A stretch of 63,894 nt of DNA, counting the filler, from Collodictyon triciliatum (taxonomy: Eukaryota), in assembly GCA_043381765.1 (NCBI GenBank). It is 3 parts of 3 records of this genome, joined end to end, with 100 filler letters (N's around TTAATTAATTAA, not from the genome) between each part and the next. Parts side by side here need not be neighbours in the genome. Positions count along the whole stretch, not along the records: positions 1 to 21,269 come from JBHJMP010001194.1; positions 21,370 to 42,602 come from JBHJMP010001195.1; 1 more part is not named here. One strand, given 5' to 3'. Under the pieces are notes generated by a model that ran no database searches, had not been told where the DNA came from, and was given only the letters and a program-made list of their open reading frames with translations. The first letter of the stretch is position 1. Each line of letters starts with the position of its first letter. The position numbers were made by a program, and so were the translations under genes. Shown here in pieces: positions 11,245 through 25,526 of the stretch.

Positions 11245-12188
11245 TCTAAGGACAGCACAAGGGAAGAAGAAAAAGGCACGAGAGGACAGTCAGTCGAGCG
11301 CAGCAATATGATCGCCTCTATGATGGCTGGAAAGACTCCCCCTTTTTTATTTTTTTTTCTTCTTACTTTATCTCTATCGTTTGGTCCGCTCTGTAAGTAT
11401 CTGCTCATGAAAAGGCTGAGTATCTTGCCATTCATAATATCCCCATGGGATTGCGGCTGTGTACTCAGCAACATCGCATCTGGCCAGAGAGCTCGAAACC
11501 CCTGTTAATGACCCGCACGCAAGCGCTTGGGCTAAGCACACTCCGCAATACAGGGTTGAGTCGGGCGCTGACGCAGGCGATTGCGTCGTGGGACTGGGTT
11601 GGGTTGTTGACATTGGACAAAATGGGCATCAAGCACCAAACATCAACACAACACACGCACGCACAAAAGAAAAAGAGAAAGAAAACCCAGACTGATCCCT
11701 GCGGTATGCACAGGCCGTAGGTTTCCCAGCGCCAGGGGAAGTTTGGAGGCGTGGTTCTGATTATTACGTCGCATATCCCCTCATTTTTTTTTATTTTCTT
11801 CTTCTCTCTGTTGACTCACCCTGGAAGAAGAAGAAAAAAAAAAACATTGCAAGAATCAACGCTGTAAAAATAGTCTTTATTTTCGGGAAAGTGATCAGGG
11901 TGAGGTTCTTTTGTGCATTAAATGGATTTTGTGGTGCCGCAACTACTTGTGTCTGCTTGGGAAGTGCCAAGGGCGAATCTTTGCGATTCCTTTTCGAATA
12001 AAACACTGCAGGGTGGTGCGTCTGTTGGTTCTACGGCTGTTTCATTCGGTCATTTTCGATCCGATGAAGGAGTTAGACTTCCAGGGGGAGATTATAATAG
12101 ATTTTAGCTTGTGAATCGAGGCCACTCTAGGTAAACCACAAAGGGAAATGAGAAAAGGGAAATGAGAAAGAGAGCAAAGAAAGCGAAC

Positions 12189-12312
12189 AGAGAAAGGGAA
12201 AGAGAAAGGGAAAGAGAAAGAGAAAGAGAAAGAGAAAGAGAAAGAGAAAGAGAAAGAGAAAGAGAAAGAGAAAGAGAAAGAGAAAGAGAAAGAGAAAGGG
12301 AAAGGGAAAGGG
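12189..12312. repeat. (GAAAGA)n microsatellite
   Basis: Direct reading. Confidence 0.95.
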
Positions 12313-13797
12313 ATAAGAGAGCAGAGAAAAGTAGCAATTGTAAGGTAAAATTCAGCACCATCACCAGCTTTAAACGTTTGAGCATCTAACGAACAATAAT
12401 AATAATAATAATAATAATAATTTTCCTTTTTTCAAGGCAGGTCCTTGAATGCCGCATGTTTTTCTCCAAGCTGAAGACATTAACAGAATGAGATGTATTG
12501 AAAGGGTGTCGGCTTCGATATACCTGCCAGCGGCAGTCGCATTTGCAGAGAATGCACCAGTCTTACCGCAGGCGACTTCACCCCATTGCCCTTCTTCAGT
12601 ATGAGGTTTGGGCACTTGATGAAAGGATACTCTCATCCGTGTGCTCGCCCATGACTTACATAGGCCATTCACACAACAATCGCACTTATCCATACCGCAG
12701 TAGAATACCTTTCTTTTCTTTATGACTCTCTCTCCCAACAACCTACCAACACCCAACCCCGATATTATTAGAATGTAATTCGTCCAGCAGAAGGTAAACT
12801 TCATATGAGAAAAAAGCCTTCTTCCGCGAAATATGGCCGGGTCCCTTCCGAGAAAAGAAGCTCATTTCGAGGAAATTCAGTTTGAATTGCATAATTTTTT
12901 TTTCCTCCCCACAAGAGCCTTTAACGTAGTTCGATGCATACCCGCAGAAGAAAAAGGGCACTGGTTCACTGCTGAAGTTACAAACACTTGGATGGAGAGG
13001 GCGATGAGGGTTGCACACCAAAAAAACTTTCGCATTCATTGAGATCTATTTACATGTAATATGAAATCACTTGCTCCATAGCAGATGATTTCTGAGTACA
13101 TCTTTCGAACTCTGTGCGTGGGGATGTCCCCGCAGCTTAATTGGTTCAAATGATTGGAAAAAGACAGAAATTGGTCCGTCAAGTGCCTCGATGATCATTT
13201 TAAAAAAATGCTGGCAGCCAATCGATTACAATCCCCAAACTTTACGTTTTTTTTTTTTTGGCACACTGCCTACTGGCGAATTGACGACTTCTGAACCATA
13301 ATTGTACGTATTGACTCAGATGCACAATGGAAAGCTTACAATAAGACTTTTTTTGGACAACAGATAATCATTTTAATCAGTATGTCTTGTGCGTGCTTCT
13401 TCCTTTACTAAATTCCAAGTCGTGTATTTCCTAGTATAAATAATGTTTCATGTAATAATACGACAAAACTAAATATATGCCTTTACAATGCGGGATCGAT
13501 TTCATTATTAAGGGATTCGATTTCACTGCATATTCATTATCATAATATATTGAAAGCCGCACATCGACGAAGTGTATATTGAATTTGCCTTGTCTGGTCT
13601 TATAACTGGTATTATAGATATCTTCTTTTTTTTTTTTATTCTTCCTTTCAACTTTGTGCTGGACCGTGGGGGTGTTGGGTATTATAGATATCTTAAAAAC
13701 AACCTCAATTAAAAGACAAAAGTCCATTCATTGTCCATCGCCTCCAACATCTTTGCCCATTTCTTTTGAAGGTTACTTGCCATATTAAATCCTAATG

Positions 13798-13799
<2 letters not shown>

Positions 13800-13866
<67 letters not shown>
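13800..13866. repeat. (AAT)n microsatellite
   Basis: Direct reading. Confidence 0.95.
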
Positions 13867-13868
<2 letters not shown>

Positions 13869-14661
13869 TATGAAGTGAATAAATCCTGTAAAATAATATT
13901 TCAAGCCGTTCCATTTTCCAATTAACTAAAAATATCACACAAGTAACCAAAAAAAAAAATCCCCCTTCGCCTCTCTCGTCCTAATTGCACATGGGGATGA
14001 TCATATAAACGTAGAGCAAATTTTGAAAGAGCGCATTAGTACATGAATTCAAAATTATTTACGTAACAACGCAAAAAATCAGATTTAAATTTCAAAGCTT
14101 TTCTCTTTTCAACAAAAGTATATGTGACTGATTTTACGTCAAAATTAAGTTTTCTTGTTTACAATTATAGTAGATCTATTGATACATATACATATTTTTA
14201 AGATGATTTTTGAATAGGATTACTCCCCCCCCCCCTCTTTTTTCTTTCTTCCTTCTTTTTTTTGATTATTTTCAAGTGAATTTTGAATCTGTTGATCAAC
14301 TCGTTTATTTAGAATTGATTAAAAGGAAAAGACCGGCTCATAAATTTATTTATTTCTTTTTTTTTTATTACCTCCGTACTCTAGAGTGCTCATGTCCCAA
14401 TGAATTAATCATGTGCTATTAATTTTTCATTGAAAAAGGCGATAATATTCAATTTTGTATTATTTCATAAGAAGAAATACCGGCAGTTTCTTGATGACAG
14501 AACGACCCTCTTTTCCTAATCCACGATTCAAGAATGCCGCACATACCTTCCAATAAATTAAAATTAATGTATCAAAGACTCTAATACTAAATCTCATATC
14601 TTAGGACTCCAAGAGAATAATGAACTTCATCGAACCAAGTTTCATATTTGCATGTGCGTCC

Positions 14662-17600
14662 ATGAGAACATTTCTTCATATTACCTTATCTTTCATGTAC
14701 ATAATCTGTAGTTGAATATGTTTCGAATCAACTAATTTCTAATTATCAAAGGGCTGGTGATTTCTGGAATGATTTCACTGTCCCGATGCCAAGATGAATC
14801 GATATTTACCATCGGTGGTCACACTAATTGGGTAAATGTTGTCGTTGTAACCCCAGACGGCTCAAAGATAGTATCTGGAAGTGATGATTATTCAATCAAA
14901 ATATGGACACTGCCACATGGAAGGCTCATGCGTACCTTGACGGGGCATACCTCTTTTGTTGGATGTCTTGCTATCGCCCCTGATGGGGCTAAAGTAGTCT
15001 CAGGAAGCAGTGATGACACAATAAAAATTTGGAATCTAAATGACGGTAAATCAACACGTACACTAACCGGCCATTCCGAGAGAGTCAACAGCGTAGCCAT
15101 ATCTCCGGATGGTTCAAAAATTGTATCAGGAAGTAGTGATTATACAGTGCGGATTTGGAATGCATATGATGGTCGTTTAATTGATACTTTCTATGGCCAT
15201 TCCACCTATGTGATGAGTGTGACTATAACTCCAGATGGCACCAAAGTTGTATCAGGGGGTTCATATGATTATAGCATAAAAATATGGAACCTATCGAGTG
15301 GGTATCTCATTCGTTCATTGATCGGTCACAATTATGTTGTAACCAGTCTCGCTGTTACACCCGATGGATTAAAGATTGTTTCAGGCAGTTGGGATCGATC
15401 AATCAAGGTTTGGAATTTGCATGATGGAACACTTGTAACCACATGGAATGCTCACACAAACTTTATTACAAGCATTTGCCTTACATACGACGGATCAAAA
15501 ATTATTTCGGGGAGCAATGACCAAAAGATTAAGATATGGAATGCAACAGATGGTAAACTCATTCTTACACTTACTGGCCATTCAAAAAACATAAGGAGTG
15601 TCCACGTTAGTCCCGATGAATCAAAAATTGTGTCTGGAAGTGAGGACAAGACAATTATTTTATGGGACTTTGACAAAGGAGTTTATATTCGCTCCTTAAT
15701 TGGTCACAGTGGAGATGTTAATAGTGTCGCTGTTACCCCTGATAATAGAAATATTGTTAGCGGAAGTAGCGATGGGACAATCAAGATTTGGGATATGTAC
15801 AATGGAACTCTTGTTAGATCCTTGGTAGGTCATACATACATGGTTCTTTGTATTCAATTAACTACTGATGGTGAGAAAGTGATATCTGGAAGTTATGATA
15901 ACACGGTTAAAATATGGGATATCAACAAAGGTGCTTTAATTTTGACATTAAATGGACACGGAGATAGCGTAAATAGTATAGCAATCACACCTGATAACAA
16001 AAAGATAGTATCTGGAAGCTCTGATAATACGATAATAGTATGGAATCTCTACGATGGAGCGATAATTAATTCGTGGACTGGGCATTCTGATGGTGTATAC
16101 GCGCTTGTATTAAATCTAGATGGAACAAAAATCATTTCAGGTGGCGGAGACTCTATCATAAAAATTTGGTACCTTGATGATGGAAGACTTTTCAGTACCC
16201 TTATAGATCACTCTGCTTCAGTGAACTGCATTGCAGTTTCTCCAGATGGGAGGTTCATTACATCTGGAAGTAGTGATAGTACCATAAAAGTATGGGATAT
16301 ATCCAACAACATTTTGATATACACTTTAGCCGGTCATTACAGCCCTGTGACTGCTGTCGATATTACTCCAGATGGGACATACATTGTATCTGCAAGCAAA
16401 GATAGCTACATCAAGGTGTGGGACCTTCATATTCAATCTCTTGTTCATACATTTGGTGGACATGTCGGTTCTGTATATGGAGTCGTGGTAAATCCTGATA
16501 GTACTAAAATTGTCTCTGGAGGTGGCGATTTCAACATAAAATACTGGAGTATCTATGAAGGCATGCTTACTAGGACAATAACCGGGCATAACGCACGTAT
16601 ACGGTATGCTTCTATTATCCCTGATGGGTCTGAAGTTGCATCATGCGGGTCGGACAATCAAGTTAAATTTTGGAATTTTCGCACTGGATTACTGGTCCGT
16701 AATATCATGAGTGAATGTGAATTCGTCAGAGCCATATCTTTTTCACCAGATGGTTTTGAAATATATACAGGATGCGAAAATGGCATCGTCGCTATCTATA
16801 ACTACTCTGATGGCACCCCTCTTAAAAAATTAAATGCTCACAATTCAGGGGTAAATGATATCAAAATCACAAAAGATGGGGAAATGCTTTTATCAGGGGG
16901 TCAGGATGGCTTTGTCAGGGTTTGGAACCGCACTGACCTATCCTTGATCAGAGCTACCCAATTTCTTGATGGAAGTATAAACTGCATTAGCGTTGCATCA
17001 AATAACAATACAGTTGTGTCAGGAGGCTATCAGTACATTCACGTTTGGAATATATCTAATGGTGATATGATTCATGTGCTAAAAGGACATTCCTTGTGGA
17101 TTAATTCAGTCTGCATTACTCCAGATAACTCAAAAATTGTTTCGGGTAGTAGCGACAATACTATAAAAATATGGAATTTTTATGATGGGAAAATCATATT
17201 TTCCATATCAGGCCACACAGATAGTGTTCAGAGTGTGATAGTTTCATCTGATGGTTTGAGGATTGTTTCTGGGAGCAGCGACCGAACTATAAAAGTTTGG
17301 AACCTAAGTAATGGTTTTTTGGAAAGAACTTTGGCTGGCCATACTGATTGGGTCACTAGTGTTTCTCTCTCTTCAGACGGAACAAAGTTAGTATCTGCCA
17401 GTTATGACAAGACGATAAAATATTGGAATTTGTGCGCAGGAGGGTATTATTTCGATAGTGTAAAAAGCAAATGTGAAATATGTCCAACAGGAACATATAA
17501 TAACATGAATGATGTTGCATCTTGCTCACAGTGTATCCCCGGAACTTTTAATTCCAAGAATGGCTCTCTAAGTGAGGCCGATTGTTTTCCGTGCGAGAGT

Positions 17601-20168
17601 GGTTCATACAATGCCTTTAATGCGCAATCATTTTGTAGTAAATGCTTTCCAGGAACATACAACCCCAGCCGTTTATCGAGCTCTCCTTACAACTCATGCG
17701 CACACTGTTTACCAGGAAGCTATTCAGATGATTTTGGTGCAAGTTCATGTCAATTATGCCCTGCAGGAACTTACAATTCATACGAGAGGTCAGTATCGAA
17801 TTCTTCATGTCTTGAGTGCGAACCTGGTACATATAATGCGGCTGATGGACAGTCGGGGTGTGTAGATTCCAAGCCGGGGTTCTTTTCACCTGATGGAGGA
17901 GGGGTATTTTCTATACCTTGTAATCCAGGCACATTTACAAATAAATCAAAGGCGATTTTTTGTGAATCATGTCCAGTCGGTACTTATAACTCAAAAGTTG
18001 GATCTAAGTCTTCAAATGATTGTATTCCCTGTAATCCAGGATATTATTCACCGAATCCTGAACAATACTCTTGTAGTATGTGCGGCCCTGGTGAATATAA
18101 CCAAGATTTTGGGAGGCAAAACTGCACAAAGTGCCCAATTGGTAGCTACAATCCATACTACGGTGCAATTTCTCTTCAAAATTGCACTGAATGCCCAGCT
18201 GGCACCTATACAAATGATGTAAACACAGGGTGTATTTCATGTCCTGCCGGTACATACAATAATAAAACAAGTGCCTTTTCAAAAAAATCGTGCATTTTAT
18301 GCTCCAAAGGTACCTATAGTCCAGAAAGAAGTTCAAATTGCAATTCTTGCCCATCTCGTTCGACCACATCATATGAAGGTTCCCGTAAAATAGAAGACTG
18401 CACTTGTATTGAGACCTATACAAAACATAACGGCTTTTGCACATGCACACCTGGATTTTTTGAGGATGGCAATAAATGTGAGAAGTGCGCCGTAGGCAGT
18501 TATAAACCGTCCAACGACACTAGTTTGTGTATATCTTGTCCAGATAAGTATACAACTAATTCTACTGGCTCCGTGTCGATCAATGAGTGCATTTGTAGCC
18601 AAGGATATACTTCGATTGGAGATTCTTGTGAATGTGGCCCAGGAACATATATAGATGCAAATGGGAAATGTGTAAAATGCCCTGCGGACACTTATAATTT
18701 TGATTTCGGGCAAAATGCTTGTACCACCTGTCCAGAGGGATTTGTTTGCCAAGGAAGTAATGAATTAAAGGTAAAACCTGGATATTGGCAAGCTCCAAGT
18801 TCTGATGGAAAATATGTATCTTTCAAATGCCCAAACGCAGAGGCGTGTACAGGTGGAAACAATACATGTGCCGAAGGATACAAAGGTCCTCTTTGCAGTG
18901 TTTGCGAGGATGGATACGGTGCTGCTAATATTTATTGTATCAAATGTCCATCCCAGGGAACCAATTTTGTATTGGTATTGATGAGCATTATCATACCATT
19001 ATCTTTCATTATGTATATGATAGAGCAATCAAGGCAACCAAGAACAGAAAATATTCAAGTTCTTAAGACACTCGCAAACCATTTTCAGATTCTCCTGTAC
19101 CTCTCAAATTTCGATGTTGAATGGACTTTGGGATTGGTAACAACAATGAAAATTCCTGCAGTCTTTTCTTTTTCTCTGACTATCGACAGCTATCCTATGG
19201 AGTGCCAGTTCAATTTATCCTTTTACGATAAAATCTTTTACTCAATGGCGACTCCATTGATTTTGATGGGTACAGTTTTTTTTATTCTTACAATGAAGCT
19301 CTCCTACAAGACTTACTCTGGGGAAATAGATAGTTTAAAGTCGAATTACCGAGCATACATGCAAGAATTTGTATATTCTATGGTTGTAATGCTATTTTTC
19401 GTGCATCCAACAATAACAGCAGCTATATCGAATATATTCTCCTGTGAACCCATGGGCGATAAAAACTACTTAAGGTATGACATGTCAGTAATGTGCGACG
19501 ATTCAGGCTATTTATTGTGGAAAAGAAGAGTTCTGATCTACCTAGTAATGTATTGTTTTACCGCTCCTTTTTTACTCTTGGCACACCTTATTCAAAAGAG
19601 GCAAAAACTAAGGAATACTGAGTCTCGAACATACAATCTGTTGAGGTTTTTGGTGGATGGATATACCGAAAAATGCTTTTTCTGGGAATTTGTCTTGATG
19701 ATTCATAAACTGCTGATCGTCATCATTAGTGTTTTTCTTTCTGCATCCTTGCAAATGTACTTCGGCTTGTGGACCATTTTCTTAGTTATTGCTTCAACAA
19801 ACCATTTCAAGCCTTTTGTCTCTATCGTTCTACAAAAGTATCATATGAGGTCGCTCCTCGTCCTCTACTTCACATTGATGTTGAGTTTGGTTTTCAGATT
19901 CTCAAAAATGGATAAATCCACTGAAACCAGTTTGGTTCTCATTATTATAATCTTGAATGCCGCAATAGGAATCAACTTGATAGGCGTCGCTGGCCCTTCA
20001 ATGCTGAAAAGCTTTTTCGTCAAAATAGTTCAATTTATTGATATCGCCATGTGGTACCTATCTAATACAACATTTGCTCACTATATCTCTTTGCAGTGGG
20101 ACAATAAAATGAGGAGAAAGCATATTAACCTCCAAGAAAACAGCTATGTAGAACACTCTCCTGAATAA
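14662..20168 (+). CDS. Large membrane protein: putative signal peptide, 21 WD40 repeats, Cys-rich GCC2/GCC3/TNFR-like repeats, multi-pass (~7 TM) C-terminus
   Basis: Uninterrupted 1803-codon ORF at 14757-20168. 21 GH...WD/WN units (~14817-17430), many CxxCPxGTYN units (~17430-18950), CAEGYKGPLCSVC, then hydrophobic helices with KTLANHFQI, YLRYDMSVMC and GYTEKCFFWE. A likely short hydrophobic first exon starts at ATG 14662 (MRTFLHITLSFMYII); this is inferred. Confidence 0.88.
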
Positions 20169-20359
20169 TACTTTGGGTGATAAGCTGATAGGAGATGTTG
20201 CACATCTGTCGATAAAGAATAAACAGAGCGGGCAGGATTGGCAAAGACCATTTATAAAATAAAAGAAATTACTCCAAAAGAAACTCAAAGTAAAACGCAC
20301 AGTTATAGACTGTGCTTTGTTTCGTTTCCCAACCCCCCCCCCCCCCCCCCCCCCTTCCT

Positions 20360-20564
20360 TAAGCATAGGAAATAAGAGCAGTTCAAGTTCGGAATAGGAC
20401 ATGTTTGATGTAACTGCTATTAAATAAAGGCTGGTTATCATGATTTCCTGTGTTAGTCTCTTCCCTGTGGTGCCTTCCATTCCTGTTTGCTTTCTGTCGG
20501 GCAAACTTTTTTCTTTGCTCCTTGTATGGCCCAGCCTTCTTGCGCTTTGGTTCGAATAAAGGGG
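20360..20564 (+). mobile_element. Diverged LINE 3' end (older or second subfamily)
   Basis: cttgtatggc...ctttggttcgaataaagggg (20521-20564) resembles the family terminus ttgtatggcataacc...ctttgaatcgaataaagg. Confidence 0.5.
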
Positions 20565-21269
20565 CAATCTGCCTTCATCACTGATTATGTTTCTTTTCTT
20601 TTCTTTTCATTTTGGGAAAAACTATATAAATTTGAATTAAAACCCCCATCAAAACAACAGGAAAAAAGGTACAGAACACAGGAGCGAACAAATACTAACG
20701 GGAGGGCTACGAAAATAGTACAGACGTGGGGGGGAATGAATTGCAAAACATAAGGTGATAGTTGATTTTGAATAGGACATGCAATACATCGAGGCATGTA
20801 GAAAATATGATCGCCATAATGCTCTCTTAATCCCATATAATCTTTTGGAATTTTTATTTTTGTAGAATTTTCCCTCCGGTCATGAATACGCTTCAGTTTT
20901 GAAGACAAGGACCCAGCAACTCGCGAGCAAATCGAAAAATTAAGGTGAATATGGTGTGCAATTATTTTAACAACTGATTTTGAGCTTTGTTGTAATAAAT
21001 TAATGGTGCTACACATGTCAGAGTGAAATCATCCCATTTCATCATTTATTATATGATTCATTTGCTACGTTTTTATGAGCTCTTTCATTCTTTTTGATTT
21101 GTGTGAGATGGTAGAGGGTTTGGTTGGTTACATCCTTTTAATGACTTATATTTTTTTTCATGTTTGACTTTTGTTTAGACTACATCTCGTGTAGGTCACC
21201 TCAAATTTTTCATTATTTTTACATAGGATTATGGGAGTAGAGATTAAGGCAAATAAGAAAAAAGAGCGT

Positions 21270-21369
21270 NNNNNNNNNNNNNNNNNNNNNNNNNNNNNNN
21301 NNNNNNNNNNNNNTTAATTAATTAANNNNNNNNNNNNNNNNNNNNNNNNNNNNNNNNNNNNNNNNNNNN
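21270..21369. other. Artificial contig linker N44-TTAATTAATTAA-N44
   Basis: Exactly 100 nt, with stops in all six frames; repeated identically at 42603-42702. Confidence 0.95.
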
Positions 21370-21444
<75 letters not shown>

Positions 21445-21851
21445 AAAAAAAAACAAAAAAAACAAAAACAAAAACAAAAACAAAAACAAAACAAAAACTT
21501 CGCATTATAACATATCACCCAGCTAGATATAGGCAATTGAGAGCAACCAGACACATCTTTTGTATTTATGCCATGAAGATATTCAATATTTAAATAATAC
21601 GCCTTATACAGACAAGTGTCAAGACACAGATATTGTTATGCGAGGAGAAAGAAATATTGGAGGTAAGCGCAGTTTTCAAAAAGGGGTTCCATCCCAAAAG
21701 CGAGATTTACATCCCTTTTTTTCCAGCATGGATTAAAAAACCTGCGGGATGGCTGTGCGAAATATCTTATTCTTGATAGAGTTATATCTATAATCTTGCC
21801 ATTTTTATAGGTGAAAGAGAGTCAAATCTACTAACGCAGAATATCTTTAAA

Positions 21852-23980
21852 GATCAATGAGCAGTATGACTCCTCTCCAAAGTTTTGCAGCGCCTTGAAA
21901 AAAGGGTCATTCAATTGCACCTTCATGATGCCCCTCGCTGAAAATCAAACTACGCTTGACTTTACATATGTAATTCCAAAGAAAGGAATGTACTATTTTA
22001 TAATCGAAAATTGTAATGAGCAAGAATTTAAGGTCAAGGTAGATTATTTCTTTCGATAAAAAACAAATTAACCGCATATGTTTTCTCTCGATGCATCCTG
22101 AATATGTCAAAATTTCACCACATTCTACGAAATATAGAGATTATCTTAAGGGGCTCTATTTTTTTATAATTATTATTGTATCAAAAAGATACAAACTATG
22201 CATTTTTTATATTAACTACTAATAACTCTATCAACTCCACTGGTTCATTTTTTAGATGGACTATGTAATGCTAAATCCTGGTGGCGAGCATCTCGGATAC
22301 GGACACATACCGCTTCCTTCCACTCTCCAAGCTCTTTTGATCATATGGTTGATAGTCTCTATTCTTTGGGTCGCAAACTGGCTATTCCACATACGGGTAA
22401 GAAACTAACTGCACCTGGACTCACTGCTCCTTCGAGCAAATCGCTTTCTTCATTAACATATTTCCATAATGTTTGGGTCAGCAGATGAACTAAATTAATT
22501 AACAATTACTGCATTTGCTGTTTCTGTTCCGGGTAGCATCCCGTAAAACTACACTTTTTGATATCGACAGTCCCATTTTCAAAGATAGTTTGCTTTTATG
22601 AATCGTACATCTACTGGTCATATCTATCCGAGTATGGTACGATTTTTTCCAAAAAAAAGAGAAAGAATTAAGANNNNNNNNNNNNNNNNNNNNNNNNNNN
22701 NNNNNNNNNNNNNNNNNNNNNNNNNNNNNNNNNNNNNNNNNNNNNNNNNNNNNNNNNNNNNNNNNNNNNNNNNNNNNNNNNNNNNNNNNNNNNNNNNNNN
22801 NNNNNNNNNNNNNNNNNNNNNNNNNNNNNNNNNNNNNNNNNNNNNNNNNNNNNNNNNNNNNNNNNNNNNNNNNNNNNNNNNNNNNNNNNNNNNNNNNNNN
22901 NNNNNNNNNNNNNNNNNNNNNNNNNNNNNNNNNNNNNNNNNNNNNNNNNNNNNNNNNNNNNNNNNNNNNNNNNNNNNNNNNNNNNNNNNNNNNNNNNNNN
23001 NNNNNNNNNNNNNNNNNNNNNNNNNNNNNNNNNNNNNNNNNNNNNNNNNNNNNNNNNNNNNNNNNNNNNNNNNNNNNNNNNNNNNNNNNNNNNNNNNNNN
23101 NNNNNNNNNNNNNNNNNNNNNNNNNNNNNNNNNNNNNNNNNNNNNNNNNNNNNNNNNNNNNNNNNNNNNNNNNNNNNNNNNNNNNNNNNNNNNNNNNNNN
23201 NNNNNNNNNNNNNNNNNNNNNNNNNNNNNNNNNNNNNNNNNNNNNNNNNNNNNNNNNNNNNNNNNNNNNNNNNNNNNNNNNNNNNNNNNNNNNNNNNNNN
23301 NNNNNNNNNNNNNNNNNNNNNNNNNNNNNNNNNNNNNNNNNNNNNNNNNNNNNNNNNNNNNNNNNNNNNNNNNNNNNNNNNNNNNNNNNNNNNNNNNNNN
23401 NNNNNNNNNNNNNNNNNNNNNNNNNNNNNNNNNNNNNNNNNNNNNNNNNNNNNNNNNNNNNNNNNNNNNNNNNNNNNNNNNNNNNNNNNNNNNNNNNNNN
23501 NNNAAAAAAAGCTATTTCCTCATTATACACATATTAAATTAGAGAGAACAGGAGTATCTGCGCAGCTATAACTACGAAGGACCCTCCGATTCACTGCGAA
23601 GAAAAATAAATGTGATGAGGTACATTCATAATAATATTACCCGGTTCAACTCTCGTAAACATCGAGCAAGTTTGACATCATAATATTTCATCCAAGAATC
23701 GGTGTCGGAGCGAACCTGGTTTAACTTATTAACGCTGTAGATCATTTCAAACTGGTGTAATGCTTTACATCTTTGTCGATATCATGGTAATTTTATCCAT
23801 TCACATAACAATGGACCTCAGTTGTATATCTCTCCTGCATCATTCTGTCAATGCATAATTGTGGTATCTGTTCTAATATACAGGTGAACATAATTTCTGT
23901 GTTTTTCCTCTATAAATACTACTGGATTCAAGTGTTGGTTGAGGAAATTTCGCTTTTGCTTCTTTTCCTTCGAATAGCGT
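21852..23980 (+). CDS. GPR107/GPR108/TMEM87 (lung 7-TM/GOST) family protein, partial, interrupted by gaps
   Basis: Exons ...FTYVIPKKGMYYFIIENC... and MDYVMLNPGGEHLGYGHIPLPSTLQALLIIWLIVSILWVANW, then later LRRKINVM and YKYYWIQVLVEEISLLLLF. Ends are uncertain. Confidence 0.65.
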
Positions 23981-25526
23981 ACGTTTCTAATCAGCAAATG
24001 AAATCGACGGAAAAACTAATTATAATTTACTCTCTTCTTTATTTCCTTACCCGTTCTCTCTGAAAAGAATACCGATTATGCACATGTGTAATCTCGTGCA
24101 TACGGCACATCGCTTTATTGGTGCGCGCAATCTCACATTTTTTTCTCCTTCTTTTCCTAACACATTTGCGCAATAAGTATCCATTTCCGCCTGCAAAACT
24201 TCAGCGAATACCAAAACCAAAATATTCCAAACATTCTCGCCAATCTGTCAGGAGACTTGCCGGTAACGCTTTATCCAGCTCTCTTGAAACCTTATGTCAT
24301 TCACACTGTTGTTTATTTTTCATCAATATCGCTTCTGGATTATGGCCGGTTATTTTCTCCGATAATCGAAGATTTTATTCCANNNNNNNNNNNNNNNNNN
24401 NNNNNNNNNNNNNNNNNNNNNNNNNNNNNNNNNNNNNNNNNNNNNNNNNNNNNNNNNNNNNNNNNNNNNNNNNNNNNNNNNNNNNNNNNNNNNNNNNNNN
24501 NNNNNNNNNNNNNNNNNNNNNNNNNNNNNNNNNNNNNNNNNNNNNNNNNNNNNNNNNNNNNNNNNNNNNNNNNNNNNNNNNNNNNNNNNNNNNNNNNNNN
24601 NNNNNNNNNNNNNNNNNNNNNNNNNNNNNNNNNNNNNNNNNNNNNNNNNNNNNNNNNNNNNNNNNNNNNNNNNNNNNNNNNNNNNNNNNNNNNNNNNNNN
24701 NNNNNNNNNNNNNNNNNNNNNNNNNNNNNNNNNNNNNNNNNNNNNNNNNNNNNNNNNNNNNNNNNNNNNNNNNNNNNNNNNNNNNNNNNNNNNNNNNNNN
24801 NNNNNNNNNNNNNNNNNNNNNNNNNNNNNNNNNNNNNNNNNNNNNNNNNNNNNNNNNNNNNNNNNNNNNNNNNNNNNNNNNNNNNNNNNNNNNNNNNNNN
24901 NNNNNNNNNNNNNNNNNNNNNNNNNNNNNNNNNNNNNNNNNNNNNNNNNNACTCCGACAGACACATTTGTAACCACTTTTTTCTTTTCTTCTCTACTTAT
25001 GTTCCTTTCTATGAAAGAATTCGACGCATCTCACCCTCTTTAGATAACGTTATATCCTCTCTCTCTCCATTTGAGAAAGCTGACCCAATCTATTCGTATA
25101 CATCGATGAATCCAACCTTCATTCTTGCAATTATTATTTTTCGTTTTCGGAACACAATATGAGTTGACGAAAACGAAAACGAAAGAGAAAAAAAAATTAC
25201 AAGGATATGGGAATTCTCACCTCAACTTCATCCAACATATCAAATTACCCTTCCTTCCGCTTTTTGCTTAACACCAACAGATAAATAAATAAAGTCAGTA
25301 TGGCTACACCTGGGGAAAATAGGAAGCACAAAGTATTCTATGCGAAAGCAGCACTCAAGACGACGATGAGTGTCCGAACGCAAAGCTTGTAGATTCCTTT
25401 CTCCTTTATTCCAAGCAAAACAACTCCCGCCTTTATCCCAGCAAACAGAGGGACTCGCACATCCAGGTCTCGTCAGAAGAAAAGAAAGAAGGAAGAAAGA
25501 AAGAGAAAAAAAAATATGAGTGGATT

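Noticed and set aside
12104-12389. RE-repeat / LS-repeat proteins (also poly-F at 2922-3164 and QK at 59298-59504)
   Set aside because: Translations of microsatellites.
11790-13050. Protein-coding gene in ORFs 12370-12804 and neighbours
   Set aside because: No motif recognised and no consistent exon chain could be built.
21314-21325. TTAATTAATTAA palindrome as a biological site
   Set aside because: Embedded symmetrically in Ns and duplicated at 42647-42658; it is an assembly linker.
22499-25162. Long ORFs of 200-340 aa in the ORF track
   Set aside because: They consist mostly of X translated from N gaps.
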